Assembly (NCBI GenBank): GCA_965203175.1 | Contig: OZ241867.1 | Span: 736,001-800,000 of the forward strand | DNA: 64,000 bases | Direction: 5' to 3' | Source: Candidatus Latescibacterota bacterium | GTDB lineage: Bacteria; Latescibacterota; UBA2968; UBA8231 | Shown: positions 38,250 through 48,533 of the stretch, piece after piece | How positions within the stretch are numbered: the stretch's first letter is position 1 | Layout of the letters: every line of letters begins with the position of its first letter | The notes under the pieces: model-generated | The model's input: only the letters and a program-made list of their open reading frames with translations | What the model was told of the DNA's origin: nothing | Databases searched by the model: none | Position numbers and translations under genes: made by a program

Positions 38250-40622
38250 TTAGCTGGCTTGTTGGATGGCCTGCCACACCTTCTGCGGCGTCAGCGGCAT
38301 AGCCAAGTCGCGCACGCCCAAAGGCCACAGGGCATCAATTACGGCGTTGACAATGGCCGGCGGCGAGCCAATCGTGCCGGTCTCGCCAGCACCCTTGACG
38401 CCGAGAGGATTGTGCGGGCAGGGCGTGACAGTGTGGTCGGTTTCAAAGGAAGGCAAGTCGTCGGCGCGCGGCAGGACGTAGTCCATGTACGAGCCAGAAA
38501 TGAGCTGGCCACTGTCGTCGTACACAGCCTCCTCAAACAGGGCTTGGCCAATGCCGTGCGTAATGCCGCCGTGGACTTGGCCTTCGACGATCATGGGATT
38601 GACGATATTGCCCACGTCGTCAACAGCGACGTAGCGCCGCACCGCAACCACGCCGGTCTCGGCATCCACCTCCACGACCGCGATGTGAGCACCGAAGGGA
38701 AAGGTAAAATTGGCCGGGTCGTAGAAGCTGGTAAACTCCAACCCCGGCTCCAGCCCCTCGGGAAAATTGTGCGGCACGTACGCGGCCAGTGAGACCTCGC
38801 CAAAGGAGATTGACTGGTCGGTGCCCTTGACCGTCCAACTGCCCTCGGCGAATTCGAGGTCTTCCTCGGCGGCTTCGAGCAAGTGGGCCGCGATCTTGGC
38901 CCCCTTCTCCTTGATCTTGTCCATGCTCTTGACGATGGCTGTGCCGCCGACAGCCAGCGAGCGCGAGCCGTACGTGCCCATGCCAAAGGGCACGGACTCG
39001 GTGTCGCCGTGAATGATATCCACGTCTTCGATCCCCACGCCCAACCCATCGGCCACCACCTGGGCGAAGGTCGTCTCGTGCCCCTGCCCGTGCGAGTGGC
39101 TGCCGGTGAAGACCGTGACTTTGCCGGTCGGCTGGACGCGGACGCCCGCGCTCTCAAACAGGCCAGCGCGCGCACCTAATGCGCCAACCACGGCCGAGGG
39201 CGCGATACCGCAGGCCTCGATATAGGTCGAAAAGCCAATGCCGATATGGCGACCGTTGCCAGCGGCGCGCACCTGTGCCTGCTCTGCGCGCAGTTCGTCG
39301 TAGCCGATGGCCGCGAGGGCCTTTTCGAGCGCGGCCCCGTAGTTGCCGCTGTCGTATTGCAGGGCCACTTGGGTCTGATAGCCCTCCTGCTCGACGCCGT
39401 CAAAGGCTGGGATAAAGTTTTGGCTCCGCAGTTGGGCCGGGTCGCGGCCCGTCTCCAAGGCAGCCTGCTCAATAGTGCGCTCGAGGACGTACGTGGCCTC
39501 GGGGCGGCCCGCGCCACGCAGAGCATCAACTGGCGTAGTGTTGGTGAAGACGCCGGTGACATCGACGTGGACCGCCGGGGTCGTGTACAACCCCTGCAAA
39601 AGCGTGCCGTAGAGATACGTGGGCACGCACGGCGCAAAGGTCGATAGGTACGCGCCGAGGTTGGCGACGGTCTTGACCCGCAGGCCGACGAAATTCCCAT
39701 CGGCGTCGAGGCCGAGATCTACCTTGGTGTGATGGTCGCGGCCGTGGGCGTCGGTGAGGAATGCCTCGCTGCGGCTGGCAGTCCACTTGACCGGACGGCC
39801 AATCTGGCGCGAGCACCACGTGACGAGGACTTCTTCGGCGTAGTGAAAAATTTTCGAGCCAAAGCCACCGCCCACATCCGGCGACACCACGCGCACCTTG
39901 TGCTCGGGCAGACCCAAGACAAACGCCGTCATCAGCAGGCGAATGACGTGGGGGTTCTGCGACGAGGTGTAGAGCGTGTAGTGGTCGCGCGCGCCGTCGT
40001 AATCGCCGATGGCGCAGCGCGGCTCAATCGCGTTGGGGATGAGCCGTTGGTTGTCGAACTCCAACGTGGTGATGTGCGCGGCGCTGGCCAAGGCGGCGTC
40101 CGTGGCCGCTTGATCGCCGAGCTCCCAGTCGAAGGGCGTGTTGTTGGGCACATCGTCGAACAACTGCGGCGCGCCCTCGGCCGTCGCTTGGGTTGCCGCG
40201 ACGACCGCGTCCAAAACCTCGTACTCCACGGCCACCAACTCAGCGGCGTCCGCAGCTTGTTCGCGGCTCTCGGCCAAGACGATGGCAACCGGGTCGCCGA
40301 CGTGGCGCACCTTGGTCGCAGCCAACACCGGATGGGCCGGCTCCTTCATGGTGTCGCCACTTTTGAAATCCACCTGCCAGCCGCAGGGCAGGCCGCCGAC
40401 GCCAGCAGCTTCGAGGTCGGCACCCGTAAAGACGGCGACCACGCCATCGGCTGCGGCTGCGGCCGTCGTATCGACGTTATTGATCGCGGCGTGGGCATGC
40501 GGGCTGCGCACGAGCGCCGCAAAGGTCGAGTTGGGCAGGGCAATGTCATCGGTGTAGCGACCCTTGCCGGTGATAAAGCGCTGGTCTTCGACGCGCTTGA
40601 CGGATTGTCCTATGACTCCCAT
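38250..40622 (-). CDS. coxL: Form II CO-dehydrogenase-like molybdoprotein large subunit
   Basis: [23 protein letters not shown], active-site loop ALRGAGRPE (form II type), HGQGHET, GTYGSRS and GVKGAGE. Confidence 0.88.
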   Translation of the reverse strand: MGVIGQSVKRVEDQRFITGKGRYTDDIALPNSTFAALVRSPHAHAAINNVDTTAAAAADGVVAVFTGADLEAAGVGGLPCGWQVDFKSGDTMKEPAHPVLAATKVRHVGDPVAIVLAESREQAADAAELVAVEYEVLDAVVAATQATAEGAPQLFDDVPNNTPFDWELGDQAATDAALASAAHITTLEFDNQRLIPNAIEPRCAIGDYDGARDHYTLYTSSQNPHVIRLLMTAFVLGLPEHKVRVVSPDVGGGFGSKIFHYAEEVLVTWCSRQIGRPVKWTASRSEAFLTDAHGRDHHTKVDLGLDADGNFVGLRVKTVANLGAYLSTFAPCVPTYLYGTLLQGLYTTPAVHVDVTGVFTNTTPVDALRGAGRPEATYVLERTIEQAALETGRDPAQLRSQNFIPAFDGVEQEGYQTQVALQYDSGNYGAALEKALAAIGYDELRAEQAQVRAAGNGRHIGIGFSTYIEACGIAPSAVVGALGARAGLFESAGVRVQPTGKVTVFTGSHSHGQGHETTFAQVVADGLGVGIEDVDIIHGDTESVPFGMGTYGSRSLAVGGTAIVKSMDKIKEKGAKIAAHLLEAAEEDLEFAEGSWTVKGTDQSISFGEVSLAAYVPHNFPEGLEPGLEFTSFYDPANFTFPFGAHIAVVEVDAETGVVAVRRYVAVDDVGNIVNPMIVEGQVHGGITHGIGQALFEEAVYDDSGQLISGSYMDYVLPRADDLPSFETDHTVTPCPHNPLGVKGAGETGTIGSPPAIVNAVIDALWPLGVRDLAMPLTPQKVWQAIQQAS

Positions 40623-40631
40623 AGCGGCCTC

Positions 40632-41096
40632 CTATGCGCTTTCGGCGGCGTGTTGGACCGCCTTGATGATGTTGTCGTAGCCCGTGCAGCGGCAAAAGTT
40701 GCCTTCGAGCGCGTGGCGAACCTCCGCGTCGCTGGGCGTTGCATTGCGCTCTAGCAACTGCCAAGCGGCCATGATCATGCCGGGCGTGCAAAAGCCGCAC
40801 TGCAAGCCGTGGGTCTCGCGGAAGGCTTCCTGTAGCGGGTGCAGCGTGCCGTTGGCCGCAAGCCCTTCGATGGTCGTTATCTCCGCGCCGTCGGCTTGCA
40901 CCGCAAGCATGGTGCAGACCTTGACGGCTTGGCCATCGACGATAGCGGTACAGGCACCGCAGTTGCTGGTGTCGCAGCCAACGTGCGTGCCCGTCAGGCC
41001 CAACTCATCGCGCAAATAGTTGACGAGCATCTGGCGCGGCTCCACCTCGTGCTCGTGGGTCTGACCGTTGACAGTGACCTTGATTGCTACTGACAT
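40632..41096 (-). CDS. coxS: (2Fe-2S) small subunit
   Basis: [18 protein letters not shown] and CRCTGY. AAGGAGGT RBS before ATG 41096. Confidence 0.92.
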   Translation of the reverse strand: MSVAIKVTVNGQTHEHEVEPRQMLVNYLRDELGLTGTHVGCDTSNCGACTAIVDGQAVKVCTMLAVQADGAEITTIEGLAANGTLHPLQEAFRETHGLQCGFCTPGMIMAAWQLLERNATPSDAEVRHALEGNFCRCTGYDNIIKAVQHAAESA

Positions 41097-41113
41097 AGCC
41101 ACCTCCTTGAATG

Positions 41114-41182
41114 GAATTGCGAATTGCGAATTGCGAATTGCGGCCGGGGCCGGGAATTCGCAATTCCTAATTCCTAATTGAC
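41114..41182. repeat. Inverted arrays of heptamer tandem repeats
   Basis: (GAATTGC)x4 at 41114-41141, then AATTCGC-AATTCCT-AATTCCT-AATTGAC at 41155-41182. Confidence 0.8.
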
Positions 41183-41613
41183 ACTTCGCGCTCCAGCGCC
41201 TTAAAAAACTGATTGGTAAACATCCGCGCCACGCCCGAGAGCAGGCGCTGCCCCATGCTCGCCAACCGGCCCGTCAACTGCGAGCCGCCCTCGACTTCCA
41301 CCGTGGTCGTCTCGTGGTCTTGGTCAGTGAGCTGGACGTGGCCCTCGGCCGCGATCTGGCCGATTTTGCCATCGACGTCGATGAGCAGGCGATAGCTTTC
41401 CGGCTCCTTGCTATCGACGACTTGCAGCGCACCGTTGAAGGTACTGTTGATCGGTCCCATTTTGATGTGCAGCACAGCTTGGTACTGGCCGGGGCCAGTT
41501 TGCTCCAAGGTATCGACACCTGGCGTGATGCGCGCCAACACCTCGGGATCGTTGAGCAAGTCCCACATGACTTGCCTTGGGGCGCGAAAAGTATGAGAAC
41601 CTGCAAGCTGCAT
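41167..41613 (-). CDS. coxG: CoxG (SRPBCC family)
   Basis: [16 protein letters not shown] and [11 protein letters not shown]; lies upstream of coxS. Confidence 0.85.
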   Translation of the reverse strand: MQLAGSHTFRAPRQVMWDLLNDPEVLARITPGVDTLEQTGPGQYQAVLHIKMGPINSTFNGALQVVDSKEPESYRLLIDVDGKIGQIAAEGHVQLTDQDHETTTVEVEGGSQLTGRLASMGQRLLSGVARMFTNQFFKALEREVSIRN

Positions 41614-41770
41614 GGGCCGATACTATTGTTAAGGGCCAGAAGCAAGTGACGCGGTGGTGGATAGTACAAAATTTTGCCTGTCTTTGTCAATCAAGTGATT
41701 GCTCTGCCAGCTAAAGCAGGCGGTCTTACGGCGAGTTGGATAAGCTAACGCAGCGGAGCGACGGATTGAG

Positions 41771-42370
41771 ATGACCAGATTCGCAAATCTTAGCGGAATC
41801 GTGCTAGCGGCGGGGCGTTCCTCCAGGATGGAGGGTACCAATAAGTTGCTGCTGCCTTGGAAGGAGCAATGCGTCCTTCAAGTCGTGGTGGAGCAGGTCT
41901 GCGAGGTGGGTTTGGGGGAAGTGGTCGTGGTGACAGGGCATCAGCGGACAGAGGTAGAGGAAGCACTGAGCCGCTATCCCGTGCGGCTGGTACACAACCC
42001 AGATTTTGCCGAGGGAATGGCCGCCTCTATCAGAGTGGGCGTGGAAGAGGCAGTCGGCGAGCAAGGGTATCTCTTTGCCCTAGGAGATATGCCGCAGATA
42101 GCTGGTACGACGATGCTAAAGGTCGCCGAGGCGTTGAAAAGCAGCGAGACTATCGCCGTGCCAGTGAGCAACGGGCGACGCGGCCATCCAGTAGCTATCG
42201 GCAGCGCCTATCGAGATGCCTTGCTCGCGTTGATTGGCGATCGGGGAGCGCGGCCAGTCTTGAAAAAAAACGCAGCCAGCGTCGTCGAAGTACCCGTTGA
42301 GGACGAGGGCATCTTCGTGGATGTGGATACGCGGGAAAGCTATCGAGCGGCGCGGACCGCATTGCAATAG
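41771..42370 (+). CDS. mocA: Molybdenum cofactor cytidylyltransferase
   Basis: VLAAGRSSRM, NKLLL, GMAASI, LGDMP, GHPV, GDRGAR and DVDT, next to the cox genes. Confidence 0.82.
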   Translation: MTRFANLSGIVLAAGRSSRMEGTNKLLLPWKEQCVLQVVVEQVCEVGLGEVVVVTGHQRTEVEEALSRYPVRLVHNPDFAEGMAASIRVGVEEAVGEQGYLFALGDMPQIAGTTMLKVAEALKSSETIAVPVSNGRRGHPVAIGSAYRDALLALIGDRGARPVLKKNAASVVEVPVEDEGIFVDVDTRESYRAARTALQ

Positions 42371-42375
42371 AACAA

Positions 42376-43179
42376 TTAACCAACCAATAGCTGCAGCGCG
42401 GTTTCCACGTTCAACATCGCCGCGTCTTCCTCCCGTTCCAAAAACGGACGCACATCGGCCGCCACCTGATCCCACTCCAGCACCCGTAGCCGGCTGCCGA
42501 CCACTTCCCGCCAAGTCCGCTCCGTTAGTGCCTCGCCAGGCCACTGCGTCTGCTGCAACGCCGCATTGAGTAGAGATAGATTGGGCGCAGGCCACGTCCG
42601 GTCACTCAAGTACCATATCAAGTCGTATAGATCCCGCCCTTTGGTATAAGGGCGCTGTAGGATCGCATGTAGTTTGCCGGCTAGCAGGGAAGCTCGGTCG
42701 TGATGCTGGAGCCGCAGTGTCACGTGTCGGCGCACCAAACGGGTCTCCAGCACGACACCAGTTGGCGGGTTCGTATCGACCTCGATGCGCACGGAGAGAA
42801 TTGCGTCTTGATGCGGAGAAAGACCGGCCTCGTACAGCAGGCCCTTGAAGCGCACGAACGCGCGGTGGACGGTCTGCCGGTCGTTTAAGCCGAGCCCGAC
42901 TTCGTACCCCTCGCGAGCAAATTCTGCGCGAATGGCTGTTAAATAAGCGCGCAAATCGTAGAGAGCCGGATCGCCTTCGAGCGTAAAGTCGAGGTCTTCG
43001 GAGTAGCGCGGTAGCGCAAAGAGAAAGCGCAGGCTAGTGCCCCCCTGAAACGCCAGCGGCACCATCGCCCCCGCGCGCTGTAAAGCATCCAAGATGCGGG
43101 CTTGCAAGTATTCGCGCAGGATGTTGCGCCCCTGCAAGGAATCCGCCGCCTGCACGAGTTGAAACAGGTGATACTTCAT
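42376..43179 (-). CDS. AbiEii nucleotidyltransferase toxin (type IV TA)
   Basis: LREYLQ, FQGGTSLR, RYSEDLDF, AGKLHA and KGRDLYD. ATGA overlap with the antitoxin. Confidence 0.9.
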   Translation of the reverse strand: MKYHLFQLVQAADSLQGRNILREYLQARILDALQRAGAMVPLAFQGGTSLRFLFALPRYSEDLDFTLEGDPALYDLRAYLTAIRAEFAREGYEVGLGLNDRQTVHRAFVRFKGLLYEAGLSPHQDAILSVRIEVDTNPPTGVVLETRLVRRHVTLRLQHHDRASLLAGKLHAILQRPYTKGRDLYDLIWYLSDRTWPAPNLSLLNAALQQTQWPGEALTERTWREVVGSRLRVLEWDQVAADVRPFLEREEDAAMLNVETALQLLVG

Positions 43180-43814
43180 AGCTGCTCGTAGCCCAACGTC
43201 TCGTCTTGGGCTAGTGAGCGAATGCACCGCACGGCTCTCAGTAACTTGGGACGGGCGGCGATAGCAGCCAATCTATCCAGTTCCGCTAGGTCGAGGCTCC
43301 CCCAGTCGAGGCGCAGCTCATTGATATAGGCAGGTGCATCACCACTCGGCTGCAGATAGATCAGATCGAGCAGTGCCTTTTCTGGCGCAGCGACAAAAGC
43401 CAACTGGCCATGTGCCAACTCCACGTGTTGATAGCCGTAGAGCAGATCGGTCTTGAGGTGGCGAAAGGAAAAGCGACCTAGCGGCGTCTGGCGGAGCTGC
43501 GGACGTCCGGCCGTCACACTGGTCACTTCCGGCACGTACTCGGGAATCACACCAGCGTGGGCCAACGCCGACAGACCGCTGACATACGAGCCGCGCACCA
43601 GTCGATTGGCGACGAGGAAGGGATGGGGCGCGGTCTGGCGGTAGGGCGGCGCCAGCGCGTAGAGCCCGCGCCGTAGCTGGTGCAGTCGTCCAGCTTGGGT
43701 CCAGCGCACGAGCTGCCGCCGCATATCGCTTGGATTTACGGACCCAGCCAAGAGCAGGCCGGTTTCAAATACCGGCTCATCGGCCACAATGGCGAGCAAT
43801 TGATCGAATTTCAT
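43176..43814 (-). CDS. AbiEi antitoxin (type IV TA)
   Basis: QLRRGLY, SYVSGLSALA..G.IPE and A.PEKALLD..Y. Confidence 0.88.
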   Translation of the reverse strand: MKFDQLLAIVADEPVFETGLLLAGSVNPSDMRRQLVRWTQAGRLHQLRRGLYALAPPYRQTAPHPFLVANRLVRGSYVSGLSALAHAGVIPEYVPEVTSVTAGRPQLRQTPLGRFSFRHLKTDLLYGYQHVELAHGQLAFVAAPEKALLDLIYLQPSGDAPAYINELRLDWGSLDLAELDRLAAIAARPKLLRAVRCIRSLAQDETLGYEQL

Positions 43815-43816
43815 AA

Positions 43817-43846
43817 CAATAAATTACCTTTAATGGCAATTTATTG
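43817..43846. promoter_or_regulatory. Inverted repeat upstream of abiEi (candidate autorepression operator)
   Basis: CAATAAATTACC-TTTAAT-GGCAATTTATTG directly upstream of the start codon. Confidence 0.6.
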
Positions 43847-43867
43847 CAATAAAACATGCTTTTGTCG

Positions 43868-46198
43868 TCACTCCTCCGGCGGCACCAAGCGCTGCGTCGT
43901 CTCCGCCCGGTCGCGTATCTCCTGCCAATCCCACAACTGAGGTATGAATTCCACATCGGCCCAAAGCTGGGCTTGGTCGGCGTAGTGCGGGCTAGCCGGG
44001 TGGCCGGAGGCCCCCAGCGGCGCGATCCAGCGCGAGCGGGTCCAGTCGGAGGGATCGAAGATATAGCGGTTGACCGAAAGACCCGTAACTGTGAAGTCGT
44101 CGAAGGCGTAGCTGCCGGCTAGGGGCGTATCGCCATCGCCGTGGACGGAGAGCGAAGGGGGGTCGAGAAAGGAAGCGGCCTCGGGAAAAACCACAGAGAA
44201 TGGGTGCTGAGGTCGGGTGCAGTGCAATCGGCCCCAACTCCATTGGCTCATGTCGTCGCCAAGAGCCTCTTTGAGAGCAGCGAGCGCGCCGGTCAAGGCC
44301 CCGGTCAGAGCCTGGGACCAAGTTTGACCGGACGGTAGCAGTGCCGTATCGCCGCGCTCAATAGCGAGAGTCGCTTCGAGGGTGATGAGACGCCAGTGGG
44401 CGTCGCCGCCAGCCTCTGCGAGCAAGGTCATGGCGTCGCCGCCAAATAGGTTCTGCGCGATGTGGTAGCCAAGTAGGGCGCGGGTTTGCGCATAGATCGT
44501 CGGCTGGACTTGGTCGCGGTCCATCCGGCAGTCCCACTGGCGCAGCAAATCGAGAGCTTGGGCGCAGTCGGCGTCGGGCGGATCGATGGCGAGCAAGGCC
44601 CGCGTAAAGACCTGGGCCGGCAGCGAGACGCATTCGGCGTGGATGCGGCCCATCGCCTCGGGCGTGGCCGTGCCCTTTGCCAGTTCGAGAATGCGGGTCT
44701 GGATGCGGCGGGCGCGGTAGTCGGGGCTAAAGACGAGCCCGACGTAGTAGGGATAATCCGGGCCGGTCACGCGCTGGTTGCAGGTGATGGCATAGCCCGT
44801 TGCGGGGTCTATGGCCTTGGGCAACTCGGCGTGGGGGATGTAGCCCTGCCACTCGTGCTCGCCGCTCCAGCCGGGAACGGCGCGCCAGCCGTTTGCAGCC
44901 TCGCGCACCGGGATCCGGCCCTCGTGCAGATAACCGAAGCAGCCGTGGACATCGGCGACGGCGTAGTTGTTGACGCGGTCGTTCCAGCGGGCGAAAGCTT
45001 GGTGCAAGTCCTCGACCGAGCGGGCGCGCATGGCATCGCGGGCCGCGTCGGCCCAAGGAGTACCTTCGATGAGGCCGGGGTCGCTGATGGCGATGGCCTG
45101 ACCTTTGCGCGGGTCTCCAGCGATGATAGGTCCGTGGTGGGTAATGACGACCTCAGCGGTAACGGATGCCGCGCCGCGGACGTGGATTTCTTCCCGCAGG
45201 ATTTCCGCTGGCCGCCACGCGCCGCTGAATTCGTACTCCAAGCCATCGGCCGTTTCGCGAAAGCGCTCGACGAACAGATCTTGGGTATCTGCACTGCCGT
45301 AGGTCATGCCCCAAGCCACGTACTCGTTGTGGCAAAAGTGCAGGGTGCCGGGGACGCCGGGCACAGAATAGCCGCTGACGGCGAAGTCGGGGCAGGCGAT
45401 ATGGACTTGGTAATAGACGGAAGGAGTGTCGAGGCCGCGGTGTGAGTCGCCGGCCACCAGCGGCAAGCCCGAATCCGTGTACTCTCCCGCGATGGACCAC
45501 GCATTGGAGCCGGGGTCGGTCTCGCGGCTGAGGGCCGTGAGGCCGTCGAGAGGTTCTCCCTGGTACTCAGCGCCGGGAGGCACGGTGAGCAGGTGGCCTT
45601 GGGGATAGCCTTTGATTAACTGAGCAAGGTTCGCGGCCACAATACTGTAGCCGGACTGCTCAGGGCCGACGACTTGGGCCAGACGAGTGCGCCAGAGCTT
45701 GGATTCAAAGGTGCCGAGCAGGCTGTTGCGCATCTTGTACACAGCGAGGCAGTGCCAGCTTTCCCACGGCTCGGGGCGCTGGCCGAGGAGTTGGTACTCA
45801 ACAGGCAGGGCCGTTGTCGTCGCCAAAAAGGCGTTGACGCCAGCGGCGTACGCGTCGAGCATGGCGCGAGCTTGGGGACTGGACGCTTCGTAGTCCAACT
45901 TGGCGGTGCGGCCCATGCCCGCGGCGCGCAAAAGGCGGTCGCGGTCCAGTCCTGCAGGGCCAGCCCATTCAGACCAGCGGCCCAAAGCCTGATGGCGATC
46001 GAAGTCCATATGCCACAGGCGGTCTTGAGCCGTGGCAAAGCCCTGAGCGAAGAACATATCGGCTTCGCCTTCAGCTTGGATATGGGGGATTCCCCAAGGA
46101 TCGCGGTGGATGGTGACGGTATTTTCAAGGCCCTCGCAACACTGGGTGCTTTCGAGGTCGGGAAGGGCGGCTTGAAGGTCTTCGGCACTGATAGGCAT
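43868..46198 (-). CDS. Penicillin acylase family Ntn-hydrolase (no signal peptide seen)
   Basis: RDPWGIPHI, AQGFATAQDRLW, GSNAW (beta-chain Ser), AGDSH and GASGHP.SPHYADQ. Confidence 0.92.
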   Translation of the reverse strand: MPISAEDLQAALPDLESTQCCEGLENTVTIHRDPWGIPHIQAEGEADMFFAQGFATAQDRLWHMDFDRHQALGRWSEWAGPAGLDRDRLLRAAGMGRTAKLDYEASSPQARAMLDAYAAGVNAFLATTTALPVEYQLLGQRPEPWESWHCLAVYKMRNSLLGTFESKLWRTRLAQVVGPEQSGYSIVAANLAQLIKGYPQGHLLTVPPGAEYQGEPLDGLTALSRETDPGSNAWSIAGEYTDSGLPLVAGDSHRGLDTPSVYYQVHIACPDFAVSGYSVPGVPGTLHFCHNEYVAWGMTYGSADTQDLFVERFRETADGLEYEFSGAWRPAEILREEIHVRGAASVTAEVVITHHGPIIAGDPRKGQAIAISDPGLIEGTPWADAARDAMRARSVEDLHQAFARWNDRVNNYAVADVHGCFGYLHEGRIPVREAANGWRAVPGWSGEHEWQGYIPHAELPKAIDPATGYAITCNQRVTGPDYPYYVGLVFSPDYRARRIQTRILELAKGTATPEAMGRIHAECVSLPAQVFTRALLAIDPPDADCAQALDLLRQWDCRMDRDQVQPTIYAQTRALLGYHIAQNLFGGDAMTLLAEAGGDAHWRLITLEATLAIERGDTALLPSGQTWSQALTGALTGALAALKEALGDDMSQWSWGRLHCTRPQHPFSVVFPEAASFLDPPSLSVHGDGDTPLAGSYAFDDFTVTGLSVNRYIFDPSDWTRSRWIAPLGASGHPASPHYADQAQLWADVEFIPQLWDWQEIRDRAETTQRLVPPEE
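45632..45658 (-). repeat. 27-nt in-frame hairpin element, copy A (in the acylase gene)
   Basis: Sense strand GAG|CAGTCCGGCTACAGTATTGTGGCCGCG, encoding QSGYSIVAA. Confidence 0.65.
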
Positions 46199-46395
46199 TG
46201 CGTTCCTCTTGCGTTATTGGTTTAGAGTATTCTGCAAGGCAAATGCGTTTGCCGCAACATGTATATTGATACGTTTTAGAATTGGCAGTCGCTTCCCAGA
46301 CATCTATCATCATAACTCATAGTCGGCTGAAGAGAAACGACTCGGTCCTCCTTTTTTTATTGCCATTGTTCAGGCTCGCGTTCAGCCTCTAGAAC

Positions 46396-48492
46396 ATGGC
46401 ACTTTTCATCCTCTTCAGGGTCCGAGGCGGCGCAGTTTTGCGTCTATGTCGCCTGCCTCTCGCTCACGCGGCTTCATTCTGGCTTCTCCTACTCATTGCA
46501 GCCGTCCCGACGCGTGCTGAATCACCGGACGACTCCACGCGCGCTGTAACGGCCTTGCGCGTCGATCAGCCGCCGCAGATTGACGGTCATCTCTCCGAGC
46601 CTGATTGGCAGAAGGCCGAGGTAGCCGGGAACTTCTTCCGCGCTCAGCAAAATCGCGGCATGCCCGCACGACTGCGCACGGAGGCATTCGTTCTCTACGA
46701 TGCGGTGGCGATCTATGTCGGCTTCCGCTGTTGGGAGCCGGATATGACCGGACTCCGCGAAACCCTGACGCGCCGCGACACGCGGATTTGGGACGACGCC
46801 GTCGAAGTCATTTTCGATACCTACCACGACGACCGCAATGCCTACATCTTCGGCATCAACACGCTCGCAACGCAGATGGATCAGCGCGTCAGCAACGAGA
46901 GTTCCTTCACCTTTGCCTGGGACGCCTCGTGGGAGGCAGAGGTACAGAAGTACGCAGACCACTGGACCGCTGAATTTGCCATACCGTTGGCCGAACTGCA
47001 GTACGATAAAGAGGGCACCACGTGGGGTGTGAACTTCTGGCGGGCGCACCCCATCGATCAGGAATCCTATTCTTGGTCCGACACAGGCGGTGACTTTGGC
47101 CGCATCTCCGAATTCGGTGAGCTGCGAGGGCTTCAGCTAACCACGGTCACAACAGAGACCGTCCGCCTAGCTTTTCTGCCCTACGCCAGCTACCGCGCCC
47201 TCGAAGATCGCCCCGACGACGGAGATGCTGGCATCGATTTAATCTACCAGCCGTCGGCCAGCCTGATCGGCAACCTGACAGTGTTTCCCGATTTCTCACA
47301 GCTAGAGAGCGACCCAACGCTGATCAACGTCAACGACGAACGCGAGCTGTCTTTGCCCGAACGCCGGCCATTCTTTCGCGATGGAGCAGAACTTTTCGAT
47401 CTGCCTCTGCGCCTGTTCTACACGCGCCGAGTGCAAGAAATCGATTTAGGCGTCAAGGGCACGGGAAAAATGGGCGGCTACACGTGGGCCGCTGTAAACA
47501 CGTACGGCAAGCTCATCGACCGCTACGACGGCAATGCCAAACGACGCGCCAACCTCGTCAACCTACGCCTCAACCGCGACATTGGCGAGCGCACCGTCAT
47601 CGGCGCCATGGCGGTCCACAAGCACCAGAGCGACCGCGATGTGGGCCTGCTGTCCCTCAACGGTCGCCTCGGTCTCGGGCGCGACTGGACCGCCACGAGC
47701 CAGTTCGTAGGCAACTCCACCGGCAGCAGCCCTCATTATGCCTATCACGTCTCGACCGAATGGCGCAACCAGTCGGGTCTGAGTGGTTTTGTCGAACTCG
47801 AAGAGATTCGCGACGGATTTCGGCCGAACGAAACCGGTCTGGAAGACGAGGCGTATCGCCGCGCACGGGGCAGCTTTACCTTCCTCAACGAGTATTCAGA
47901 AGGCAGCACACTCAATGCCCTCGTGCTGCGCGGCCGAGTGTTCCGGCAGACAGACGAGACGGGTCGTCTGCGCGAACAGTACGCCCAAGCTGAGGGGTCG
48001 TTCGATGTGGGCCGTTTCGATTTCTATTCGCTGGCCCGCGTCGGACAACTGCGGGAAGCCGGACGCCTCTGGAACACGCGATTTACTGGTGCCGACCTCG
48101 AATACACATCGACATGGGGTTTCGTCGGTATCTACAACCAGATCGGCAGCCGCCAAGGCATTTTCAACTGGTTTGTCAGCCTAGACGCCAACGCCAACCT
48201 TTTCAGCCGACTGACCATCAGCTTGGCTGCACACCGTTTCGACTGGCGCGACCGACGGGAAACGCTCGTCATGCGCACGACGACGAACTACCAGTTCACC
48301 CGCCACGTCGGTCTGCGGCTGTTCCACGAGCGCGTAATTGAGCAAACCGACGGCACCACTAAGGACAATTTCAACACGGTCTTCGACTATGAATTCACCC
48401 CCGAGAGTCACTTCTTTCTCGTCTTCGTGCGCGACCGCGACCGCACCAAAGCCGCTTTCAGCAAAATCGCCTATCTGTTCGGTGGAATCTGA
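46396..48492 (+). CDS. CBM9-like domain plus DUF5916-type beta-barrel protein
   Basis: PQIDGHLSEPDW, YD..AIYVGF.C, D.VEVIFDTYHD, WTAEFAIP, PDFSQLESD and ERRPFF. Confidence 0.8.
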   Translation: MALFILFRVRGGAVLRLCRLPLAHAASFWLLLLIAAVPTRAESPDDSTRAVTALRVDQPPQIDGHLSEPDWQKAEVAGNFFRAQQNRGMPARLRTEAFVLYDAVAIYVGFRCWEPDMTGLRETLTRRDTRIWDDAVEVIFDTYHDDRNAYIFGINTLATQMDQRVSNESSFTFAWDASWEAEVQKYADHWTAEFAIPLAELQYDKEGTTWGVNFWRAHPIDQESYSWSDTGGDFGRISEFGELRGLQLTTVTTETVRLAFLPYASYRALEDRPDDGDAGIDLIYQPSASLIGNLTVFPDFSQLESDPTLINVNDERELSLPERRPFFRDGAELFDLPLRLFYTRRVQEIDLGVKGTGKMGGYTWAAVNTYGKLIDRYDGNAKRRANLVNLRLNRDIGERTVIGAMAVHKHQSDRDVGLLSLNGRLGLGRDWTATSQFVGNSTGSSPHYAYHVSTEWRNQSGLSGFVELEEIRDGFRPNETGLEDEAYRRARGSFTFLNEYSEGSTLNALVLRGRVFRQTDETGRLREQYAQAEGSFDVGRFDFYSLARVGQLREAGRLWNTRFTGADLEYTSTWGFVGIYNQIGSRQGIFNWFVSLDANANLFSRLTISLAAHRFDWRDRRETLVMRTTTNYQFTRHVGLRLFHERVIEQTDGTTKDNFNTVFDYEFTPESHFFLVFVRDRDRTKAAFSKIAYLFGGI

Positions 48493-48533
48493 AGGAAGAA
48501 ATCGCGCTGTATCCTAAGTCGCTGCCGGCCGCG

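Noticed and set aside
39361-39393. Hairpin after GAG CAG in coxL ([11 protein letters not shown])
   Set aside because: The stem register and loop size differ, and the sequence overlaps the conserved YQT.VALQYD segment, so it is not treated as an insertion.
38250-40622. Calling this a true form I aerobic CO dehydrogenase
   Set aside because: The loop is ALRGAGR rather than AYxCSFR, and the gene order is S-L-M.
6381-45445. Long antisense ORFs (e.g. 6381-7331, 39729-40754, 44486-45445)
   Set aside because: These are typical GC-rich antisense shadows of well-supported genes and carry no motifs of their own.
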